DNA of 64,000 nucleotides from Polyangiaceae bacterium (GTDB taxonomy: Bacteria > Myxococcota_A > Polyangia > Polyangiales > Polyangiaceae), in contig JBNKBE010000006.1 of NCBI GenBank assembly GCA_050287085.1, positions 106,381-170,380 on the forward strand, read 5' to 3'. Shown here one piece after another: positions 1 through 10,027 of the stretch. Position 1 is the first letter of the stretch. Every line of letters starts with the position of its first letter. The notes under the pieces were generated by a model. The model was not told where the DNA came from. It saw only the letters and a list, made by a program, of their open reading frames with translations, and ran no database searches. Both the position numbers and the translations under genes were made by a program.

Positions 1-561
1 GTGGTAGACGGGATGATGCTCAAAATGCGGCAGCGGGTGCTCTCCGGCCTTGAGCGGTGGTTCGACGGCGGGCAGCCGATGACCCTGGAAGAAGTCGCGC
101 GGCCGCAAGACCAGAACGCCGCAGGGAGCACGCCGCACAACCGCCTCGGCAACAGAGCCTAGCAACATGCGACTTACCCCTGAGCGACTGTGGGTTCCTA
201 GGATGACCAGCGAGGCCTCTATGGCTGTCGCCAGTGCTACGATGCGCTCCGCAGGGTGCCCGGCGGCGACGTACACCGCGATCTTCTCGACCGGTACCTG
301 GCCCGACTCGCGCTGATGGACGTCTACCAGCTGAGCGATACGCTGCCGAACGAGTTCACTGGCCGCATCCTGCTCCAGAACGTCCTCGGCCCCTGGGATC
401 CGCAGCATGCTTCCTTCGTACGCACCAACGCATAGGACATGAACCTCCACATGACTCCTTCGCTGCGTCTGACTCAGCGCCTCGAAGAAGGCTCGCTCCG
501 CGAGCTCGGAAAAGTCGAATGCAACAACTACCTTGTAGGCCGGTGTGTTTGTCTCTGTCAT
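1..561 (-). CDS. Universal stress protein (3' end runs off window; absent from ORF track)
   Basis: Manual translation from ATG at 561: MTETNTPAYKVVVAFDFSELAERA...GHPAERIV...LVILGTHSRSGVSRMLLGSVAEAVVRRAPCGVLV. GAGGAG SD upstream; no stop before base 1. Confidence 0.92.
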   Translation of the reverse strand, partial: MTETNTPAYKVVVAFDFSELAERAFFEALSQTQRRSHVEVHVLCVGAYEGSMLRIPGAEDVLEQDAASELVRQRIAQLVDVHQRESGQVPVEKIAVYVAAGHPAERIVALATAIEASLVILGTHSRSGVSRMLLGSVAEAVVRRAPCGVLVLRPRDFFQGHRLPAVEPPLKAGEHPLPHFEHHPVYH

Positions 562-633
562 GGGATCCTCCTCGATGGCTCTCTTGGACTGGGCGGGCAA
601 ACTCGCTGACCGCCACTGTGCTGCCCGTCGGGA

Positions 634-649
634 TGCACTTGCCGTGCCA
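634..649 (-). promoter_or_regulatory. Sigma54 -24/-12 promoter of the USP gene
   Basis: TGGCACGGCAAGTGCA (GG-N10-GC), about 70 nt upstream of the ATG at 561. Confidence 0.75.
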
Positions 650-947
650 CTACACAGACCGCCCCCGACCTCGTCACACGGCCAGAGCGCGCAAGCTTTT
701 CCACACCTCATCCCAAACGAGAAACCCTTGCGGACCCCAGCTGAAGTCGTGTGGCCACCGCCGGCGGGATGAATGAGGGGAGGACATACGCCAAGACGCG
801 CTCCTCGTCGCGCCTCGCAAGGCGTCTCGCCGCGCCGGGGCCTCTGACGCGTCTCAGATGCGACGGTGGATCTGAAACGAAGACCACAATGGTTGCAAGA
901 CCAGGGAGGTAGCAGCTCTCGGAGGTGGCAGAGCGCTTCTCATGAGC

Positions 948-1021
948 GCGTACGCGCCGTTCTTCGACGGCGGCGCTGGGCGTACGCGCCGTTCTTCGAC
1001 GACGGCGCTGGGCGTACGCGC
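948..1021. repeat. 32-bp tandem repeat (2.3 copies) with internal hairpin, REP-like
   Basis: GCGTACGCGCCGTTCTTCGACG(G/A)CGGCGCTGG at 948 and 980, partial copy at 1012. Each unit contains a CGCCGT...ACGGCG inverted repeat. Confidence 0.85.
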
Positions 1022-1188
1022 TGCGTGCGTGCCGTCGGGCAAGGAGTCCCGGTGATGTAGCGCGGCGGCGCCGCAGCGAACAGGCTGGTGTTCGCCCGGA
1101 GCAGCCCAGCCACTGCGCATCGTTGTTTGCGTGCGCCGTTTCCCCCAGCCCACACATTGCGGCCCCTCGGAGCCCACGCGTTGAAGGG

Positions 1189-1232
1189 TGAGCTACGGGA
1201 GTAGCTCAAGGAGAGGGCTGCGACGAGCCCTC
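1189..1232. terminator. Two adjacent hairpins downstream of the USP pair (possible terminator/stabiliser)
   Basis: TGAGCTAC-GGGA-GTAGCTCA (1189-1208) and GAGGGCT-N6-AGCCCTC (1213-1232); no U-tract. Confidence 0.35.
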
Positions 1233-1286
1233 CCCCCAGAGCAAGGGGATTTTGCTGCGCAATGCGGCTTTCCCGTTCGCGGGCTC

Positions 1287-1790
1287 TTAGCTTTCCGCGG
1301 CGTTCTGCCCCACCGTCGCTGGGGCGGGTACGATCATCACCGGGCACGCGGCGTGACGCAAGGTATGCTCTGCGACGCTACCCAGTACCAAACGCCTGAT
1401 GCCAGTGCGTCCGTGGCTTCCGATCACGATCAGGTCCACTTGCCGTTCGTCGGCGATTTCCAGGATCTTCACCCGCGGATCCCCGGATACGACAAACCAC
1501 TCAACCTCAACGCCTGCCGCCTCCGCATTCTCTTCACGGATAAACTCGACCATCGTCTCGGCGGCCGCGTGCCGTACCCGCTCGAACAAATCGTGCTGAG
1601 CACGGTACAACTCGTCGCTGGCAATCGCTCGTGGCGCGAAGGGTGCAGCCCAGACAAACACCGCTAGCACACGGCTATTTCCCGCCCGAGCCAACGCAAG
1701 CGCTCGGCGAAAAGCCAAGCGACTTCCAACTTCATAGTCAATGGGAACAAGAATCGTCTTGGGCAATTGCGTTACGTCCAACTCAGTCAT
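1287..1790 (-). CDS. Universal stress protein
   Basis: ILVPID...GDPRVKI...DLIVIGSHGRTGIRRLVLGSVAEHTLRHAACPVM. Confidence 0.95.
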   Translation of the reverse strand: MTELDVTQLPKTILVPIDYEVGSRLAFRRALALARAGNSRVLAVFVWAAPFAPRAIASDELYRAQHDLFERVRHAAAETMVEFIREENAEAAGVEVEWFVVSGDPRVKILEIADERQVDLIVIGSHGRTGIRRLVLGSVAEHTLRHAACPVMIVPAPATVGQNAAES

Positions 1791-1793
1791 GGC

Positions 1794-2246
1794 TCACTTC
1801 TTGTCACGGAGGGGGATCGTCAACACGGGGCAGTGGGCGCCTCGAACAACTTTCTCGGCGACGCTGCCGAGCATCAAACGAGGCAATCCACTGCGGCCAT
1901 GGGTGCCCATGACGACCAGATCGTACTCCTCATCCTCAAGCGCTGATATGACCGTAGCCGCAGGTGGTCCGAGCCTAACTTCATGAGTTAGTTCGCAGTC
2001 GGCGGCGTTCTGCTTGAGAAAGCTCTCGAACTGGAGGCGCGCCTCGCGTTCGATGTGATCCCCCAGCGGTGCGTCGAGTTCGCCCATGACCACAACCACA
2101 TGCGCCGGAACCATAGTGGGTATCTCCACCGCGTGCATGGCATGCACTTTGGCCCCGAAGGTTCGTTGCAATAGAGCCGCATAGTGTAATGCCGCTTTCG
2201 AACAGTCGGAGAAGTCGACAGGAACAAGTATCTTCTTAAACGGCAT
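1794..2246 (-). CDS. Universal stress protein
   Basis: MPFKKILVPVDFS...DLVVMGTHGRSGLPRLMLGSVAEKVVRGAHCPVL. Confidence 0.96.
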   Translation of the reverse strand: MPFKKILVPVDFSDCSKAALHYAALLQRTFGAKVHAMHAVEIPTMVPAHVVVVMGELDAPLGDHIEREARLQFESFLKQNAADCELTHEVRLGPPAATVISALEDEEYDLVVMGTHGRSGLPRLMLGSVAEKVVRGAHCPVLTIPLRDKK

Positions 2247-2282
2247 ACTGCCTCTTTCTTGGAGTGTAGACTTTCCCTGGCA

Positions 2283-3665
2283 TCAGGAGACTTCAAACAG
2301 CGGTCCGCCCCCTTTGGGCGACGACTTGTACTCCTGAAGCTTGTACTGAATTTTGCGAACGCTGATACCCAGCCGGTCCGCCGCGCGGCTCGTCGAGCCC
2401 CCTTCGGCCTCCAAGGTCGTCAAGATGGCGTACCTCTCGATATCCGCCAACGTTGCGCCCGGTATGGCTGGCCCGTTTGCGTTGGCGCGCATGGGCAACA
2501 ACTCGGCCGGCAGATCCTCCGCTTCGATTCTGTCTCGAGTAGCAAGCACCACTGCGCGCTCCAACACGTTTTCCAGTTCCCGAACGTTGCCCGGCCAGTG
2601 GTAGCTGACCAAGCGCTGCAACGCCGACTCGGACAGTGACTGATGTGTCTTATTGTTCTCGGCAGCAGACTTCTCGAGAAAAAACGCGGCCAATGAGGGA
2701 ATATCCGTGGGTCTTTCGCGAAGCGCCGGCATGTGAATAGCAACGACGTTGAGACGATAGTAGAGATCCTCGCGAAAGGTTCCAGCCTCCACCATCGCAC
2801 GCAAGTCACGATTGGTCGCAGCAACCAGTCGTACGTCGGTGCGAATGGTCTGATTGCCTCCGACCCGCTCGAACTCTCTTTCTTGCAGCACCCGGAGCAG
2901 CTTCACCTGGATAGCAGGGGTGATATCACCAATCTCGTCCAGAAAGAGCGTTCCCCCATTGGCTGTTTCGAAGCGCCCCTCTCGCCGCCTTTCCGCTCCG
3001 GTGAAAGCCCCACGTTCATGTCCGAAGAGCTCACTCTCCAGAAGATTCTCAGCTAGGGCCGCACAATGAAGCTTCACAAACGGACCGCGCACCCGCTGTG
3101 AATGATGATGTACAGCAGCCGCAATGAGCTCTTTGCCCGTCCCCGATTCCCCCGTAATCAACACGCTCGCACGACTGGGCGCGACCTGCTGAACGGTCTT
3201 GAACACGCGCTGCATCGCTGGAGAATGGCCAATGATGTTGTCAAAGCTGAAGCGCTCGTCCAGGCGTCGCTTGAGTGCCTGAGTTTCCCGCCGCAATCGC
3301 CCCCGTTCGAGCGCGCGAGACAAGACGAGTAGGAGCGCGTCCGCGTTGAGGGGCTTGGTCAGGTAGTCATAAGCCCCCGATTGCATCGCTCGAACAGCGG
3401 TGTCCACAGCGCCGAAAGCCGTCATCACGACAACCCCAACGTCGCGATCGTGCTGCTGGATCTTGGCGATGAACTCAACGCCGTCCATGCCCGGCATCTT
3501 GAGGTCGGTCAGCACAACCTCCGGGGCAAAGTCCCGCAGCTTCGGCAAAGCCTTGAAGGCGTCCGCAGCTGTTTCTACATCGTACCCCTCGTCGCGCAAG
3601 ATCTCCGCGAGCGCATTGCGTGCGCTCGCCTCGTCATCCACGACCAAGATTCGTCCTTGAGGCAT
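2283..3665 (-). CDS. Sigma54-dependent response regulator (NtrC/AtoC family)
   Basis: REC (VVDDE, TDLKMP), AAA+ ([19 protein letters not shown]), Fis-type HTH. Confidence 0.96.
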   Translation of the reverse strand: MPQGRILVVDDEASARNALAEILRDEGYDVETAADAFKALPKLRDFAPEVVLTDLKMPGMDGVEFIAKIQQHDRDVGVVVMTAFGAVDTAVRAMQSGAYDYLTKPLNADALLLVLSRALERGRLRRETQALKRRLDERFSFDNIIGHSPAMQRVFKTVQQVAPSRASVLITGESGTGKELIAAAVHHHSQRVRGPFVKLHCAALAENLLESELFGHERGAFTGAERRREGRFETANGGTLFLDEIGDITPAIQVKLLRVLQEREFERVGGNQTIRTDVRLVAATNRDLRAMVEAGTFREDLYYRLNVVAIHMPALRERPTDIPSLAAFFLEKSAAENNKTHQSLSESALQRLVSYHWPGNVRELENVLERAVVLATRDRIEAEDLPAELLPMRANANGPAIPGATLADIERYAILTTLEAEGGSTSRAADRLGISVRKIQYKLQEYKSSPKGGGPLFEVS

Positions 3666-3732
3666 CGTCTTCTACCGCGTCTTTCGTTCCCTTTCTTGCG
3701 CCCTTTGCGCAAGAGCCGGCACCCGCTGCGTC

Positions 3733-3748
3733 TGCAATACTCGGGCCA
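3733..3748 (-). promoter_or_regulatory. Sigma54 -24/-12 promoter of the regulator-USP-USP unit
   Basis: TGGCCCGAGTATTGCA, near consensus, about 70 nt upstream of the ATG at 3665. Confidence 0.75.
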
Positions 3749-3777
3749 ATCAAATCATGCGCAACCCACCCCCCAAT

Positions 3778-3822
3778 CGCGCACATTTTGCACAGCCACC
3801 CTCAACTAGCGCAACGGTTGCC
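3778..3822. promoter_or_regulatory. Tandem putative activator sites GCGCA-N5-TGC, 30-bp spacing
   Basis: CGCGCACATTTTGCA (3778) and AGCGCAACGGTTGCC (3808); same motif and spacing as at 12381/12411. Confidence 0.55.
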
Positions 3823-3994
3823 CACGTTCCCCCGATTGCTTTTTGGCAACGGGGGGCGTTTCGTCCGCCAGCATTCGGATCGCCGGTGAAACGAGATCGT
3901 CCAGTTGCCCGCGACGAGCGCCCCAGACAAACGCCACAAGAGCCCCGATGGCCATCAGCGTTGCTAGCGGAACAAGGATTATCAGAACACTCAT
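3806..3994 (-). CDS. ccoS: cbb3 oxidase maturation protein CcoS
   Basis: MSVLIILVPLATL...FVWGARRGQLDDL...PAIRML; ATGA overlap with the ccoI stop. Confidence 0.92.
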   Translation of the reverse strand: MSVLIILVPLATLMAIGALVAFVWGARRGQLDDLVSPAIRMLADETPPVAKKQSGERGQPLR

Positions 3995-6447
3995 GTTTGC
4001 ATATTCCACGCTTTGAACAGACGCGCACGAAGCGAATTCGCGAGCACGGACAATGACGAAAGCGGCATCAAGATAGCAGCCCAAAGCGGGGAGATGTGCC
4101 CTGATACCGCCAACGCCGCGGCGAGCAGATTGTACCCCAGACTGAACGCTAGGTTCTGCCGAATCGTGCTGAGCGTGCGGTGGCTGCCGAGAAGTAATTC
4201 CACCAAGGGAGCCAGTCCAGCGCGAGTGGCAAATACGTCGGCGGCCGCCAAGCTTGCCTCAGCCCCACCATGCACCGCGATCCCTACGTGTGCCGCCGTC
4301 AGAGCCGCGGCGTCGTTGACACCGTCACCGACCATGATCACCGGGCGGTGCGCGCTGTGCTTCCGCACGAACTCAAGTTTGTCTTCGGGTGAACACCGGC
4401 CGCGCACCTCGAGCAGCGGCAAGCCCAAGGTCGCCGCAACGCCCGCGACAACCGCGGGGTGGTCCCCGGATAGAATGGCCAACTCATGTCCCCGTGCAAT
4501 GAACTGCTCCAGCGCCCGACGCGCCTCCGGGCGCAATGCGTCCCCGATGCCGAGAACGGTTGCCAGCTCCCCGTCGACTGCGACAAAGACCGGTGACTCG
4601 CCGCGAGCCACAACGGCCACGGCTTCTGGATGCGCTCTCAGCTGAGCTTCCGTTGGGGCCGCGCCCTCTCCCTTTCGCAGCGCTCTTCGAACCCATTCGG
4701 AACGCCCCACGGCGACCGAATGCCCTCCCACCTGGGCGACAACGCCTTGGCCAAGCTCTTCGACGCAACGCTCCACCACCGGCAGTTCACCGGTCTGGGG
4801 TAATGCTCTAATCGCTTCAGCAACGGGGTGTCGCGACTGCGCCTCAGCGGCTTGGATCAAGCCCAGCAAAGCGGGCTCCTCAGGAGCGCGCGTCACCGTC
4901 AGGCGCCCTTCGGTGAGCGTACCGGTCTTATCCAATACCACAAGCGCAGGCCGAGTGAGCTGCTCCAGGTACTTGCCACCCTTGACCAGCAGACCGCGGC
5001 GAGCCGCTTGTCCAACGGCCACGCTGGTCAGAAGCGGTGTAGCGAGGCCCAGGGCGCACGGACAGGTCACGATTAAGACGGTCGCTCCAATCTCGAGAGC
5101 TCCAACCCAGCCGTTCGGAAGCCAGAACAAGAAGGCCCCCACCGCCAGCAGCAACACGACCGCAAGGAAATAGCTCGACAAGCGATTAGCCAGCTCCGTC
5201 ACGTCCGACTTGTATTGGGCGGCAGCGTTCAACTCCTCCACGATATGCGCCAGGCGCGTCTTGGTTCCGGGCACCGAGGTGCGCACCAATAGGCGAGCAT
5301 TGAGGTTGACGGTGCCGGCCAGCACCTCATCGCCCGGCCCGACGAAAACGGGGCGCGACTCCCCCGAAAGGAGGGATTGGTCCACGCGACTTTCCCCCTC
5401 GACGACGTGGGCATCGACCCCAACGCTTTGTCCCGGCAGGAGCTCTACGAGCGCCCCCACCGGGACATCCAGAGTGGCAATCTCCCGCACGCGACCGTCT
5501 TGCCAGAGACGCGCCTTAGAGGGCGCCAACGCTCGCAGCAAGTCGGTGGCCCTAGCCGCGACCCGTTGCTGCTTCATCTGGAGCCAGCGCCCCACCAAGA
5601 GGAGCAGAACGAGCATGGTCACCGAATCGAAGTAGATTTCGCCCTCGGCCCGAAACGTCGCCACGGTGCCTGTGACCAAAGCCGCCAGAATGCCAAGACT
5701 GATAGGCAAGTCCATGTGTGCGGTTCGCGTCCGGATTGCCGTGAGGGCTCCGCGAAAGAAAGGCCAGGCACTCCACAAGGTGCAGGGGACCGCGATCGAC
5801 CAAGACAACCAGCGAAAGAGCTGAACCGTCTCGTCGCTCATGCCGTAGGCATCCCCGCTATACAACGCTACGGACGCGAGCATAACGTTGCCAAAAGCGG
5901 CCCCGGCAACTCCCATACGCACAAGCAACGCTCGCTCCGCGCGCGTGCGGTCACGCCCCACGTCGAGCATGTCATTCGACGTCGCCACGTGCGGGAGGTA
6001 GCCCAATGAATCCAGCTTGCGAGCGATGTCACCGAGCGACACCTCCGACGGCTCGTAGCGTACGGTGAGCCGCGCGTCAGCGTAGTTGAGTCGCGCATGG
6101 CTCACCCCGGTCAAGAGCGTCGGTAGCTTCTCGAGGAGCCACAAACACGCAGCGCAGTGAACACCGTCGACGAAGAACTCAACTTCGCGTCCTGCTGGCA
6201 ACTCTCGACTGAAGCGGGCCATCGCCTCCTCCCCGTCGAGCTCCGCATAGCTGTCTCCCCGGGTTGTTGGTCGAGGCGGAGGCTGCTCTCGAAGCGAATA
6301 ATACCCCTCGAGCCCCGCACCGTGGAGCGCTGAGTAAACAGCTTCGCAACCGGCGCAACAAAATGCGTAGCTTCCGGGCTCTGCGATGGACTGCTGACAG
6401 TGCTTGCACCGCATCACGACGGAAGAATTACACGCGCTCGATGCCAT
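3991..6447 (-). CDS. ccoI: Copper P1B-type ATPase CcoI/FixI
   Basis: N-terminal CKHC...FCCAGC, HMA CAAC, CPC, DKTGT, GDGVND; cco context. Confidence 0.93.
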   Translation of the reverse strand: MASSACNSSVVMRCKHCQQSIAEPGSYAFCCAGCEAVYSALHGAGLEGYYSLREQPPPRPTTRGDSYAELDGEEAMARFSRELPAGREVEFFVDGVHCAACLWLLEKLPTLLTGVSHARLNYADARLTVRYEPSEVSLGDIARKLDSLGYLPHVATSNDMLDVGRDRTRAERALLVRMGVAGAAFGNVMLASVALYSGDAYGMSDETVQLFRWLSWSIAVPCTLWSAWPFFRGALTAIRTRTAHMDLPISLGILAALVTGTVATFRAEGEIYFDSVTMLVLLLLVGRWLQMKQQRVAARATDLLRALAPSKARLWQDGRVREIATLDVPVGALVELLPGQSVGVDAHVVEGESRVDQSLLSGESRPVFVGPGDEVLAGTVNLNARLLVRTSVPGTKTRLAHIVEELNAAAQYKSDVTELANRLSSYFLAVVLLLAVGAFLFWLPNGWVGALEIGATVLIVTCPCALGLATPLLTSVAVGQAARRGLLVKGGKYLEQLTRPALVVLDKTGTLTEGRLTVTRAPEEPALLGLIQAAEAQSRHPVAEAIRALPQTGELPVVERCVEELGQGVVAQVGGHSVAVGRSEWVRRALRKGEGAAPTEAQLRAHPEAVAVVARGESPVFVAVDGELATVLGIGDALRPEARRALEQFIARGHELAILSGDHPAVVAGVAATLGLPLLEVRGRCSPEDKLEFVRKHSAHRPVIMVGDGVNDAAALTAAHVGIAVHGGAEASLAAADVFATRAGLAPLVELLLGSHRTLSTIRQNLAFSLGYNLLAAALAVSGHISPLWAAILMPLSSLSVLANSLRARLFKAWNMQT

Positions 6448-6517
6448 TTACCGCCGCCTCTACTTCCATTGCTCAAGCAAACCCAACGCCACTCATCCAG
6501 TCACAACGCGACTCGGT

Positions 6518-7258
6518 CTAGTGACAACGCGGAGCGTCGCGCGCGTCGGTTGCGCCCTGCATCTGATGCGCGGCAAACCCATCTCTCGACAAGAGATTGT
6601 AGCCGCCCACAACAAGCAATACGAGGGCCGCGACCGCTGGATAGAGCCCGCGTGCACGGGCCCCAAGCCGCGAGACTAGGACCGACGCGCCGCTCAGTAC
6701 GGGCACGGCCCCCAGCCAGAATGCGCCCAACAATAAGGCCCCCGACAACGCCGAGCCGGTCCCCACCGCCATCGCGACGAAGCCATACAACCAGCCACAA
6801 GGCAGAAGCCCCGTGGCCAGCCCCAACAGACCCGCGCGCAGGGACGACGGCAAACGCGCCGCCAGCGCAACGACGCGGGAGAACCCCCCAACGCGCGTCC
6901 CGCCAGCGAGCCGCGATGACGCGACGTCCGGGCGGCGCTGGCGCCACCAAGCAGTGACAGAAGGTGCAATGACCGTCACAGCCCACAACGCCATCACGAC
7001 AAACGACACCCACGCGCCGAGTCGTTGCCAACCGGTTCCGCTACTCCACACGTTAAGCCAGGCACCCACCTGTCCCGCCAGAGCCCCCAACACCAGATAG
7101 GCGACCAGACGTCCGAGCTGGTAGAGCCCATGACGAGCGAACACACTTGCGCCGCTGCTAGCTCCACGTTGGGTGGCGACAGCCGCCACCGCCCCGCACA
7201 TGGCCCCGCAATGCAGACTGCCGAAGAGGCTTGCGACCAAGACCGGAACGAGCGACAC
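6518..7258 (-). CDS. DsbD_2 / TauE-SafE-like membrane protein of cbb3 assembly clusters
   Basis: GSLHCGAMCG, YQLGR, GLLPCG motifs; multiple TM segments. Confidence 0.88.
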   Translation of the reverse strand: MSLVPVLVASLFGSLHCGAMCGAVAAVATQRGASSGASVFARHGLYQLGRLVAYLVLGALAGQVGAWLNVWSSGTGWQRLGAWVSFVVMALWAVTVIAPSVTAWWRQRRPDVASSRLAGGTRVGGFSRVVALAARLPSSLRAGLLGLATGLLPCGWLYGFVAMAVGTGSALSGALLLGAFWLGAVPVLSGASVLVSRLGARARGLYPAVAALVLLVVGGYNLLSRDGFAAHQMQGATDARDAPRCH

Positions 7259-7264
7259 GATGCC

Positions 7265-7774
7265 CTACCTGCGCTCCGGGGGCGCAAGATCGGTGCTGAC
7301 CTGCGAGAAGAACGTGTCCTCTCCGCGGCGCACCTCCAGGTTGAACTGCCACAGTCCGGAGCGAGTGGGTCGAAACTGGAGCGCATACCGCCCCGGAGCA
7401 ACAGAATGCAACTCCGCTCGCGCGCGATCTCCAGCCCGAGCATTGGCGAAATACTCGGCGCTGATCGCATCAGCGTCGAGGGGTGCGCCCGTAGCATCTG
7501 AGAGGGTCAGCTCCAAGCGGGCCAGCTCACGCTGCCGTGTCAAGGCTACGACCTTCGCCGACCACCCCAGCGCCTGACTCTTGCTCCGGCGAGCCGCTTC
7601 ATCATCCCAATGCGTGGCGCGCTCGTAGTAGTCGGGCTCTACCGCAAAGGCCGGATCGCTCATGGCGACCATCGCCATCACGCCCTGAATGGCCATCAAA
7701 GACACCAGGAGCACCACCGGCAACCAGGCCCAGGCTCGCCCCGACGGTCGTTTCGTTTCAGAGGATTCCATCAT
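7265..7774 (-). CDS. ccoH: FixH/CcoH family protein
   Basis: Single TM then AVEPDYY; GW, PGRY, GLW motifs; start MMESS with GGAG SD. Confidence 0.85.
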   Translation of the reverse strand: MMESSETKRPSGRAWAWLPVVLLVSLMAIQGVMAMVAMSDPAFAVEPDYYERATHWDDEAARRSKSQALGWSAKVVALTRQRELARLELTLSDATGAPLDADAISAEYFANARAGDRARAELHSVAPGRYALQFRPTRSGLWQFNLEVRRGEDTFFSQVSTDLAPPERR

Positions 7775-7811
7775 TTGTCTCCGCGAGATGTGCGAAATAG
7801 GCTGGCCATGC

Positions 7812-9176
7812 TCAATACGGCCCGAGCAGCTTGTAGTGCACGCGCTGGACATCGCCGTCGTCGTCGGTGACCACGACGTCGACCGGTCGAACACCGGACT
7901 TGAATAGGCCGCGCTCAGAAGTCACGAAGGCAGTGGTGGTCACCTGCTGCCCGGCGGGAACCTCCAGCGGATTCTGGGGCACCACCAATTCGCTGTCGCC
8001 AGCGTTCTTCAGGGCGATATGAAACGCCTTGTCGTTCGTACTCCGGTTGTGAACCTTGATACGGATCTGATTCTGCACCTTGCCTGAAACCTGCAGAAAG
8101 GGTGCGCCCAGGCCGCGCAGCACAACCACCTGAGCGTGTTGCGTCACGCTGCCGAACACAACCAGCCCCGTCACCAAGACCAATAGCACGACGGGGTAGA
8201 TGAAGATGCGGGGGCGCCCGCCCTTCTTCGCAATGCCCGTCAAGCGCTCCTCCGTCGAGTAGCGGATCAAGCCCCGGGGCTTGTGCAGCTTGTCCATCAC
8301 TTGATCGCAGGCGTCAATGCACTGCGTGCAGGCAACGCACTCGAGCTGCAGCCCATTGCGAATGTCGATACCCGTAGGGCACGCTATGACACACGCCTTA
8401 CAGTCGATGCAATCGCCACCGCTGCTGCGCCCCCTGCCGCGCGGCTCGCCGCGTTTCTGGTCGTAGCCGACCAGAAGACTCTTCGGATCGAGCAACACCG
8501 ACTGGAGGCGAGCATAGGGACAGATGATCGTACACATCTGTTCCCGAAAATACGCAAAATCGAAGAAGATTAGGGCCGATGTGATGGCCACGACCAGGAA
8601 GGGAACCGGCTGATCCAGCGGGGACGCGACGAGCCATTGCCGCAAACGATGAACCCCCACGAAATAGGAAAGGAACACATTGGCCAGCAACACCGCCAAG
8701 ACGGCATAGATCGCGAGCTTGAGCATCCGACGCCCGTTCGCCCCCTCCTCGTCGAGCTTCAGCTGCTGTCCTCGTGAACCTTCTAGCCACTGCTCCAGCG
8801 GTCGGAATAGGAACTCCAGGTACAGCGTCTGCGGACAAGCCCAGCCGCACCAAACGCGACCGAGCAAGGCGGTTAGCCAGAAGATGAACACGAAAAGCGA
8901 AAGCAACGCCAACATGAGCAACAACCCGTCGGTTGGCAGCAGCGTGGCACCTAGTAGATGAAACCGTCGCGCCGGGACGTCCAACAAGACCGCTGGGCTC
9001 CCCCCCACCTTGACGAAAGGAAGCACGACGAAAAGAGCGATCAGCCCCCACGCCACCACCAATCGACGACGATAGTACCGCCCCTTGAACAGCTTGGGCC
9101 GAACCCATCGCCGCGTCCCATCATTGTTGAGCGTTGGAAGAACCCGCCCTGAGGGCCTGGGAGGACTGTTTGCCAT
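7812..9176 (-). CDS. ccoG: Cytochrome c oxidase accessory protein CcoG
   Basis: GRVWCGWACPQT, CPY, CIDCKACVIACP, CVACTQCIDAC; alternative start at 9206. Confidence 0.95.
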   Translation of the reverse strand: MANSPPRPSGRVLPTLNNDGTRRWVRPKLFKGRYYRRRLVVAWGLIALFVVLPFVKVGGSPAVLLDVPARRFHLLGATLLPTDGLLLMLALLSLFVFIFWLTALLGRVWCGWACPQTLYLEFLFRPLEQWLEGSRGQQLKLDEEGANGRRMLKLAIYAVLAVLLANVFLSYFVGVHRLRQWLVASPLDQPVPFLVVAITSALIFFDFAYFREQMCTIICPYARLQSVLLDPKSLLVGYDQKRGEPRGRGRSSGGDCIDCKACVIACPTGIDIRNGLQLECVACTQCIDACDQVMDKLHKPRGLIRYSTEERLTGIAKKGGRPRIFIYPVVLLVLVTGLVVFGSVTQHAQVVVLRGLGAPFLQVSGKVQNQIRIKVHNRSTNDKAFHIALKNAGDSELVVPQNPLEVPAGQQVTTTAFVTSERGLFKSGVRPVDVVVTDDDGDVQRVHYKLLGPY

Positions 9177-9251
9177 GTTTCGCTTCGCCTGATCCGAATG
9201 TTGCAAAGTGTTGCGTGGGCGGCAGTTTTGGCGCCGCCCCGCGTCGCTGTG

Positions 9252-9830
9252 CTACTTCAGATCAACTTTCGTGCCTTCGGCTCCCTTCGGTCCGGGCACG
9301 TTGGTTCCGCGCAGTGACCCGACAAAAGCGGCCACTTTCCGCAGCTCTACTGGTCGCAACTGACGCCCCCACGGCGGCATGCCCTTGGCCGGAACGCCCT
9401 CGTTGACAGTATTGTAAATGGCCATGAGCGAGCCATCGCCATGAAGCCAATACTCGTCCGTCAAGTTGGGCCCAATCTTCCCTTCTCCCTTGTCACCGTG
9501 GCATTGCGCACACTTCGCAAGAAAGAGCTTCGCCGTATCGTTCATGAGCGCGGTGTTGTTCATGAACTCGGAAAGCGCCTCTTCGCTGACCGCATTGCGC
9601 ATCAGCTCTTGGGCTTCGCGTTCACGCGCCGCACTCACTTCATCCTCGTAGAGCAAGGCTACGGACTTGCCGTTTTCGCTGATGTGGTAATGAAAGGAGT
9701 ACCCGATCGAGAAATAGAACGTCGTCCAGAAGATGGCTTTCCACCATCCCGGCATGGGATTGTCGTATTCACGGATCCCGTCGTATTCGTGGGCTAGCAG
9801 GAGGCTCTTTTCACTTTGATTGTCACTCAT
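9252..9830 (-). CDS. ccoP: cbb3 oxidase subunit III (short, monoheme)
   Basis: HEYDGIREYDNPMPGWW; single CAQCH; GPNLTD; GMPPW. Confidence 0.93.
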   Translation of the reverse strand: MSDNQSEKSLLLAHEYDGIREYDNPMPGWWKAIFWTTFYFSIGYSFHYHISENGKSVALLYEDEVSAAREREAQELMRNAVSEEALSEFMNNTALMNDTAKLFLAKCAQCHGDKGEGKIGPNLTDEYWLHGDGSLMAIYNTVNEGVPAKGMPPWGRQLRPVELRKVAAFVGSLRGTNVPGPKGAEGTKVDLK

Positions 9831-10027
9831 TTCTCTAGCTCCGTAGCTGCAGCAGTCGTCCCATGATCATCGGCGAGTGGAAGCGAGCCCGCATGCTCAA
9901 GCTCCGCTTTTGACGTGAAGAGCAGCAATCGGATGCACACCGCTACGAACGTCGCCCCGAAGATGACCAACCCCACCTCGGCGTATTGCGCGAGGTGCAT
10001 CGACGCCATGATGTCACTGAGTCTCAT
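9827..10027 (-). CDS. ccoQ: cbb3 oxidase subunit CcoQ
   Basis: 66 aa, one TM, C-terminal LPL.D; overlaps both neighbours. Confidence 0.8.
   Translation of the reverse strand: MRLSDIMASMHLAQYAEVGLVIFGATFVAVCIRLLLFTSKAELEHAGSLPLADDHGTTAAATELEK

Noticed and set aside
948..1021. 32-bp repeats as a mini CRISPR array
   Set aside because: The units abut directly with no spacers.
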